A DNA stretch of 13,084 nucleotides, from NCBI GenBank assembly GCA_965140785.1, contig OZ223499.1, positions 1 through 13,084 of the forward strand, given 5' to 3'. Under the pieces are notes generated by a model that was given only the letters and a program-made list of their open reading frames with translations, made no database searches and was not told where the DNA came from. Source of the DNA: an uncultured Ruficoccus sp. Lineage in GTDB: Bacteria > Verrucomicrobiota > Verrucomicrobiia > Opitutales > Cerasicoccaceae. The position numbers were made by a program, and so were the translations under genes. Below, piece by piece: positions 7,538 through 13,084 of the stretch; the stretch's first letter is position 1; the number at the start of each line of letters is the position of its first letter.

Positions 7538-8554
7538 ATGAAAGCGAAAGAATTTTCTAATAAAGTTTTAACAGGTATGAGCATCGGTATTGTTGCCGCC
7601 CTTGTTCCAAGTGCAATCCTTGGAGAAATTAGTAAAGCATTAGGACTTACTACAATAGTATTAATTACCGGTATGGCTACAAAATTTGCAGCTTTTGCAA
7701 TGGGATTATGTATTGCTGGTCAATTTAAGATGAAACCAATTCATTCTGTTGCACTTGCTATTTCAACAATGATTGGAAGTGGTGCTATAAAAATGGTTGA
7801 AGGATCTATGGTTTTAGCAGGATTAGGAGATGTAATAAATGCGGGTCTAACAGCAGCCTTTGCCGCTTTACTTCTTCTGTGGTTTGGTGATCGTTTTAAA
7901 AGTTATACTATGATATTAGTCCCAACTTTAACTATTGCAATAAGTGGACTTTTTGGTTTGTTTACTCTTCCTTATATATCAATGATTACAGGCGCTGTAG
8001 GGCATTTCATTGCTTGGTGTACAACTTTACAACCAATATTAATGGGGGCATTAATATCAATGAGTTTTGCAGTAATAATTATATCACCAATATCGACAGT
8101 AGGTATAGCTCTTGCCGTTTCTTTATCAGGAATAGGATCTGGTGCAGCAAATTTAGGAATTTGTGCTGCTGGATTTGGTCTTGCAATTGCAGGATTTGAG
8201 AAAAATGGTTGGGGAACATCTTTAGCCTCTGTATTAGGTTCTCCTAAATTACATATGGCTAATTTCCTAAAAAATCCAAAAATGACTTTGCCTTTAATTT
8301 GTAATGCTGCAATTCTAGGAATTTTAGCAGGTATTTTTGGTATCGTTGGAACACCTATGAGTGCAGGATTTGGAATTAGTGGATTAATTGGTCCTTTGAA
8401 TCACCTTGGTATTGTAGGTTTTAGTTTAATAAACTGGATAATTACAATTATTATATTCATTATATTACCTATTGTATTTGGTTTTATTTTTAAAAATATT
8501 TTCTTTAAAGGTTTTAAAATTTTAAGCGCAGATGATTATGCCGTTGAAATATAG
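7538..8554 (+). CDS. PTS EIIC-like membrane protein (PTS_EIIC_2/PfoR-like), no EIIA/EIIB partner in window
   Basis: 338 aa, Gly/Ala-rich hydrophobic. Motifs VLTGMSIGIVAALVPSAILG, GLGDVINAG, LQPILMG, IISPISTVGI...L.G...GAA.LG, LGSPKL.M.N, GTPMSAGFG.SGLIGP. SD AGGAG at 7528-7532. Confidence 0.85.
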   Translation: MKAKEFSNKVLTGMSIGIVAALVPSAILGEISKALGLTTIVLITGMATKFAAFAMGLCIAGQFKMKPIHSVALAISTMIGSGAIKMVEGSMVLAGLGDVINAGLTAAFAALLLLWFGDRFKSYTMILVPTLTIAISGLFGLFTLPYISMITGAVGHFIAWCTTLQPILMGALISMSFAVIIISPISTVGIALAVSLSGIGSGAANLGICAAGFGLAIAGFEKNGWGTSLASVLGSPKLHMANFLKNPKMTLPLICNAAILGILAGIFGIVGTPMSAGFGISGLIGPLNHLGIVGFSLINWIITIIIFIILPIVFGFIFKNIFFKGFKILSADDYAVEI

Positions 8555-8564
8555 GGAGAAGGTT

Positions 8565-9560
8565 ATGAAAGAAAAAATAAAAGTTACAGCGTTTGCAAGT
8601 CGCCCTGATGAAAGAAGTAGTTTTGATTTATTTGAAGATAAATTAAATTTAGAAATTAAACATGTTAGTGCTCAATTGTCACTAGATGTTGTTGAACAAG
8701 CAAAAGGAAGTATCGGGGTAACCGTATTAGGTAATTGTGATTGTTCAAAAGAAGTGTTAGAAGCTTTATCGAAATTAGGTGTAAAATATTTAGCTAGTAG
8801 AAGTGCCGGTTATAATAATATTGATGTTGAAGCAGCAAAGAAATTAAATATAAAAGTTAGTAATGCTCAATATTCTCCAAATTGTGTCGCAGATTTTGCT
8901 ATAATGCTTGCCTTGATGTTAAACAGAAAAGTATTAACAGGTTTAAAACGAAATATTGCTAATGATTTTTCATTGCCAGGATTACAAGGTCAAGAAATGA
9001 AGAATATGACTGTTGGAATTATTGGGACCGGAAGAATTGGTCAAGCAGTTATTAAAAATTATAGTGGTTTTGGGTGTAAAATTATTGGATATGATTTATA
9101 TGAAAACGAAGAAATGAAAAAGTATATTACTTACGTTGATTTGGATTATCTTTTTAAGAATTCTGATATTATTAGTCTTCATACCCCGCTTTTTGATAGT
9201 ACTTATCATATAATTAATAATGAAAGTATCGCTAAAATGAAGAAAGGTGTGAAAATTGTTAATACTGCAAGAGGTGAATTAATTGATACTCAGGCATTAA
9301 TTGATGGACTTAAATCAAGACAAATTGGTGGAGCAGGATTGGATGTTTTAGAAAGTGAGCAAGGAGTTTTCCACAGTGATTGCAGATTTAAAGGCTTTGT
9401 AAATGATCATATTTCAATTTTAAAATCACTTGACAATGTAGTTTTAACAAATCATTTTGCTTTTTATACTGATCAAGCAGTTGAAGATATGGTTTATTGT
9501 GGATTAAACAGTCTTTATCAATTTGTAAATACAGATACTGCAGATTTCGAAATTAAGTAA
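8565..9560 (+). CDS. NAD-dependent D-isomer-specific 2-hydroxyacid dehydrogenase (D-lactate dehydrogenase-like)
   Basis: RSAGYNNID, YSPNCVA, Rossmann GTGRIG, GYD acidic residue (NAD preference), ISLHTPL, NTARGELID, LDVLESE, H(F)AFYT. Start revised to ATG 8565 after SD GGGAG (331 aa). Confidence 0.92.
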   Translation: MKEKIKVTAFASRPDERSSFDLFEDKLNLEIKHVSAQLSLDVVEQAKGSIGVTVLGNCDCSKEVLEALSKLGVKYLASRSAGYNNIDVEAAKKLNIKVSNAQYSPNCVADFAIMLALMLNRKVLTGLKRNIANDFSLPGLQGQEMKNMTVGIIGTGRIGQAVIKNYSGFGCKIIGYDLYENEEMKKYITYVDLDYLFKNSDIISLHTPLFDSTYHIINNESIAKMKKGVKIVNTARGELIDTQALIDGLKSRQIGGAGLDVLESEQGVFHSDCRFKGFVNDHISILKSLDNVVLTNHFAFYTDQAVEDMVYCGLNSLYQFVNTDTADFEIK

Positions 9561-9580
9561 TTAAAATATATAAACAATTT

Positions 9581-9613
9581 AAAAGGCACCATTTAACTGG
9601 TGCCTTTCTTTTT
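9581..9613. terminator. Intrinsic terminator, probably bidirectional
   Basis: AAAGGCACCA-tttaac-TGGTGCCTTT followed by CTTTTT. A run on the 5' side. Lies between convergent genes. Confidence 0.85.
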
Positions 9614-9641
9614 AGGAGGGATTTATATATTGTTTTATTTA

Positions 9642-10148
9642 CTATTGGATTGAGTATTCAATTTTTACATTACTTACATAGTTACCAGCAGGAAGTTCTG
9701 AGTTACCAGACCAACTTAAGTTGAATTTATTAACTAGTAATGAAATATGTTTTCCAGCTACTAAAGTATCAAGTGAAGAAATTGTATTTACTTGTGGTTT
9801 AATATTTGAATCAAAATCATTTTTACCATTGTTTAAAGTTGTTTTAAAGGTATCAGGAGAAACTTTTACTGTAACAGCTAAGTCTTTATTCATATTAGAT
9901 GTAGCATTAATAGTAAAGTCTTTAGTTGAACCATTTTCAGTTAAAGGAGCTACAAAGATAGAATAATCTTCAACACCATTATTTAATACTTCATTGTTAT
10001 AAGCTAATTGATAAGAAACAGGAGTTTCTTTAATAGAAGTCTTTAATTGAACTTCAGCAGACTTACCAGAATGGGAAGGAGAATACATAGCGAACATAGA
10101 AGTCATTGCGATTGCACTTATAGTTAAGATAGTTAATAGTTTTTTCAT
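9642..10148 (-). CDS. Hypothetical secreted/exported protein
   Basis: 168 aa. Signal-peptide-like MKKLLTILTISAIAMTSMFA, Ser/Thr/Asn/Val-rich mature part. SD AAGGA on the minus strand at about 10159-10163. Has its own promoter and terminator. Confidence 0.85.
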   Translation of the reverse strand: MKKLLTILTISAIAMTSMFAMYSPSHSGKSAEVQLKTSIKETPVSYQLAYNNEVLNNGVEDYSIFVAPLTENGSTKDFTINATSNMNKDLAVTVKVSPDTFKTTLNNGKNDFDSNIKPQVNTISSLDTLVAGKHISLLVNKFNLSWSGNSELPAGNYVSNVKIEYSIQ

Positions 10149-10191
10149 AATTTAGTTTTCCTTTTAAATTAATTTGATTTGTTATGATTAA

Positions 10192-10220
10192 ACTATACAA
10201 TACTTTGTAACTTATGTCAA
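10192..10220 (-). promoter_or_regulatory. sigma70 promoter of the secreted-protein gene
   Basis: Minus strand TTGACA (10220-10215), 17-bp spacer, TATAGT (10197-10192). Confidence 0.75.
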
Positions 10221-10365
10221 CAATTATTTAACAAAAAATACAAAAAAATAATAAAAATAGTTAATTGCTTATAATGTAAAGAATTAAACATGTATAAGTT
10301 ATATAATAGTTATGTAACTTATGTAATAGGTGTTTATTATTAATAATAATGTTCATCAAATTGTT

Positions 10366-10404
10366 AAAAAAAAAGAAACCAAGGAATATTTAATTCCTTG
10401 GTTT
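10366..10404 (-). terminator. Intrinsic terminator of the small hypothetical gene
   Basis: 12-bp perfect stem AAACCAAGGAAT / ATTCCTTGGTTT (10376-10404). The A9 run at 10366-10374 reads as a U tail on the minus strand. Confidence 0.82.
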
Positions 10405-10465
10405 TGTAAAAGATCTAGACAAAAATAAACAATATTTGAAAAATATTACTAAAAAGAGAAGTATT

Positions 10466-10735
10466 TTATTTTTTAACTCTCCATCCATCTTCAATGATTT
10501 CTTTAATAGATGAATAAAATTTAATTAATAAATCTGTTTTTGAATCATATAATTTGTAATTTTTGATTATTGCGTCTTTTAATTTTATATATCCGCATTT
10601 CCCATTGCTGTTTTTCATTGTACAGCCTTTTTTATTTTTTGAAAAATCGGATCTAAAAATATCATAATCCAATGAAACTAGAGCATTTCTTGTTTTTACT
10701 CTTTCTTCATGATTCCAATCATCATAATTATTCAT
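10466..10735 (-). CDS. Small hypothetical protein (89 aa)
   Basis: Start revised from 10786 to ATG 10735 (MNNYDDW...), which follows SD GGGGAG (10750-10745). A terminator follows. No family recognised. Confidence 0.75.
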   Translation of the reverse strand: MNNYDDWNHEERVKTRNALVSLDYDIFRSDFSKNKKGCTMKNSNGKCGYIKLKDAIIKNYKLYDSKTDLLIKFYSSIKEIIEDGWRVKK

Positions 10736-11028
10736 AAATATAATCTCCCCTATTATAATTATATTTTTTGATTTGTGAGATAACAAAGTTAAGGATAGTC
10801 TGGCAAAATATTTAATTGTTATATATCTAATAATAGTATATATTTTATAAATAATAAAGTTTTTTATTTTAAAATACTTGATTGAAAATATCCAAAAAAT
10901 GAAAATTATATTGTGAAATAAAAAAATATAATTAATTGTTTAAGTTTAAATAGATTCCTATAAATAATTTATTACAAAAACATTTTTGATATTAAATATT
11001 TAGATATTATAATTAAAAAAAAGTTTGA

Positions 11029-11799
11029 TTAAGTGTTACATTTTAAAATAATTGATTTAGTTTTAAAGAAAGTTGTCCATTCTTTACTTGGTCTTTTATT
11101 TGTAATTACATACTTGATTTTATTAAAATCTTCAATTTTTGTTAAGCTAGATTTACCAAATTTTGTGTGATCAACAACTAAAAAAGCCACATCACTGTTG
11201 TTTATCATTTTAGCTGTAATTTGAGCTGCAAATTCATTGTCATGACTTAATCCAAAATCAAGAGATATGGAAGTTGGGCTTATAAAAGTTTTATCACAAT
11301 GTAATTTATTTAAGTTATCTATTGTAATATTTCCCCTAAAAGCATTTGCATTATTTGTTAAGTTTCCTCCTAAGCAGATTGTTTTAATTAATGGATTATT
11401 TGATACTAAATTAATAATAGACAGCGAGTTGGTTATAATTGTGGCTTTTAATTGTTTTAAGTTTAATTGTTTAGCAATGCATAAACTTGTTGAACTTGAA
11501 TCAAGCATTATTATATCTCCATCATTTATAAAAGAGGTTGAAATATTAGCTAAAGATTCCTTCTCTTTCATCATTACTTGTTCTCTGAGTTGGATTGGAA
11601 TGGATTTATCAAAAGTATCAATTTTATAGGCTCCACCATGTACTTTAATTATTCCAAAATTCTTTTTAGATAAATAATCTAAGTCACTTCTTATTGTTTC
11701 CATTGTAACATTTAACAAAGCTGCTAAATTTTTAACAGTAATAGTTTTTTCTTTATCCAATATGGTTTTTATTTGATCTCGTCTTTCTTTTGCTATCAT
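11029..11799 (-). CDS. DeoR/GlpR-family transcriptional regulator
   Basis: 256 aa. ERRDQI...V..LA..LNVTMETIRSDL...KVHGGA HTH. Sensor motifs IMLDSSST, IITNSL, LGG, VDHTKFG. Confidence 0.95.
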   Translation of the reverse strand: MIAKERRDQIKTILDKEKTITVKNLAALLNVTMETIRSDLDYLSKKNFGIIKVHGGAYKIDTFDKSIPIQLREQVMMKEKESLANISTSFINDGDIIMLDSSSTSLCIAKQLNLKQLKATIITNSLSIINLVSNNPLIKTICLGGNLTNNANAFRGNITIDNLNKLHCDKTFISPTSISLDFGLSHDNEFAAQITAKMINNSDVAFLVVDHTKFGKSSLTKIEDFNKIKYVITNKRPSKEWTTFFKTKSIILKCNT

Positions 11800-11965
11800 A
11801 TAGTTTCCTTAAAACAAAATTTAGTCTTTTTATAAAATTAGCATTAATATCTTATTAAGTAAAGAAATATTATGGTTTTAATAAAAAATCTTTTTCCTTG
11901 ACTTTTGGTTTTTTTCGTGTTTATATGATAGAAACAATGAAAAACAAAATAAAAAAAGGTGAATC

Positions 11966-13006
11966 ATGAACAGACTAGATGATGGAATGGCATTTATTTT
12001 AAAGTATGAAAATATTGCATGGTATAGCGAAGGTAAAGTTAGAATTTTAGACAGAAGGATTTATCCAATCGAGGTTAGATTTGTTGAATGTACGACTTAT
12101 AATGAAGTAGCTCAAGCCATTACAGATATGGTTACTCAAAGTTGGGGACCTTATTTTGCTGCAGGAATGGGGATGGCATTAGCCGCTTATCAAGCTAGAA
12201 GTCTTAAGGAAGTAGATTTTGTTAGTTTTATGCATAATGCAGGAATAGCTCTTTATACTGCTAGACCAACAACATCAGCTTTTATGAAAGAGATTGTTGA
12301 AAAATGTGAAGTAGCTGCTGTTAATGCAAAATTAAGAGGGAACTCAGCAATTGATGCGGCTTTTAATACAACAGTAGAATATTATGATGAAATATATACA
12401 TCCTGTAAAATCATGGGTAAATACCTTGTTGATAATTTTCCTAATAAAGGAACTGTAATGACTCAATGTTGGGCTGAAACTGTTGTTGGAATGATGCTTA
12501 AATCAATTAGAGAACAAAATAAAGATATTAAATTTTTCTGTCCTGAAACACGACCTTATTTTCAAGGTGGTAGACTTACTGCAAGTTGTATAAAAGATAT
12601 GGGTTTTGATGTAACTGTTATTACAGATAATATGCCAGGTTATGTATTAGAAAAAAAGAAAGTTGATGTATTTACTTCTGCCGCTGATGTAATTTGTATG
12701 GATGGTCATATAGTTAATAAAGTTGGAACTTTCCAAATTGCATTAGCTTGTAAATATTTTGGTATTCCATATTATGTTACTGGTAAGCCTAATTTATCTC
12801 ATAAAGATAAAGCTTCGATTGTAATTGAAGAGAGGGATCCAGAATTAGTATTACATGCACTTTCTCAAAAGTTTACTTATGAAGGTGTTAAAGGCTATTA
12901 TCCTGCATTTGATATTACTCCTCCTGAATTATGTGCTGGTGTTATTACCGATAGAGGGCAATTTGATTCACATTGTTTAGATGAATATTATAAAGAGAGT
13001 AAATAA
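11966..13006 (+). CDS. mtnA: MtnA/eIF-2B-family aldose-1-phosphate isomerase (methylthioribose-1-P or 5-deoxyribose-1-P isomerase-like), divergent subfamily
   Basis: 346 aa. Motifs ILDRR.YP, ARPT, ETRPYFQGGRLTA, VITDNM, AADVI..DG.IVNKVGT, IEERDP, YPAFDITPP. SD AAGGTG upstream. Symbol indicates family only. Confidence 0.85.
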   Translation: MNRLDDGMAFILKYENIAWYSEGKVRILDRRIYPIEVRFVECTTYNEVAQAITDMVTQSWGPYFAAGMGMALAAYQARSLKEVDFVSFMHNAGIALYTARPTTSAFMKEIVEKCEVAAVNAKLRGNSAIDAAFNTTVEYYDEIYTSCKIMGKYLVDNFPNKGTVMTQCWAETVVGMMLKSIREQNKDIKFFCPETRPYFQGGRLTASCIKDMGFDVTVITDNMPGYVLEKKKVDVFTSAADVICMDGHIVNKVGTFQIALACKYFGIPYYVTGKPNLSHKDKASIVIEERDPELVLHALSQKFTYEGVKGYYPAFDITPPELCAGVITDRGQFDSHCLDEYYKESK

Positions 13007-13007
13007 A

Positions 13008-13084
13008 ATGATAGATTTTTATGAAGAAAGAAATGCTGTAGCCCAAACAATGAGTCGTCTTTTCGCAAGAGGTTTAACAACTGT
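13008..13084 (+). CDS. Probable class II aldolase/adducin-family protein, N-terminus only
   Basis: Not in the ORF track. ATG 1 nt after the mtnA stop. MIDFYEERNAVAQTMSRLFARGLTT resembles the N-terminal helix preceding the GN(I/V)S motif of FucA/MtnB/Ald2-like proteins. Only 25 codons visible. Confidence 0.65.
   Translation, partial: MIDFYEERNAVAQTMSRLFARGLTT

Noticed and set aside
8565..9560. vanH or a vancomycin-resistance cluster (D-lactate supply)
   Set aside because: No D-Ala-D-Lac ligase, VanX or VanRS in the window; the context is transport and catabolism.
10787..11028. AT-rich gap as possible mobile-element scar or CRISPR leader
   Set aside because: No terminal inverted repeats, target duplication, transposase remnant or repeat-spacer array visible.
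8014..11629. ORFs 8014-8199, 9721-9966 and 11267-11629 (+)
   Set aside because: Nested in or antisense to stronger genes, with no independent translation signals.

Overview
Very AT-rich bacterial chromosomal region made of several separately regulated catabolic modules. (1) A divergent GntR/FCD regulator (truncated at the left edge) faces an operon encoding a LarA-family nickel-pincer (NPN) racemase/epimerase, a split UxaA/GarD-family dehydratase (SAF small subunit plus large subunit) and a GntP-family permease. A perfect 30-bp palindrome lies on the predicted transcription start. This is the most interesting element: a candidate import, C2-epimerise and dehydrate pathway for an unidentified sugar acid or hydroxy acid. 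(2) A stand-alone MFS transporter. (3) A YheO-like PAS-HTH regulator, apparently leaderless, upstream of an orphan PTS EIIC-like permease and a D-2-hydroxyacid dehydrogenase, with repeated GATAA-N4-TTATC boxes over the promoter. (4) Two minus-strand hypothetical genes, one encoding a secreted beta-rich protein. (5) A DeoR regulator divergent from an atypical MtnA-family isomerase, followed by the start of a class II aldolase (truncated at the right edge). I saw no RNA genes, mobile elements or CRISPR arrays. All family calls come from motif recognition by eye, not database searches.
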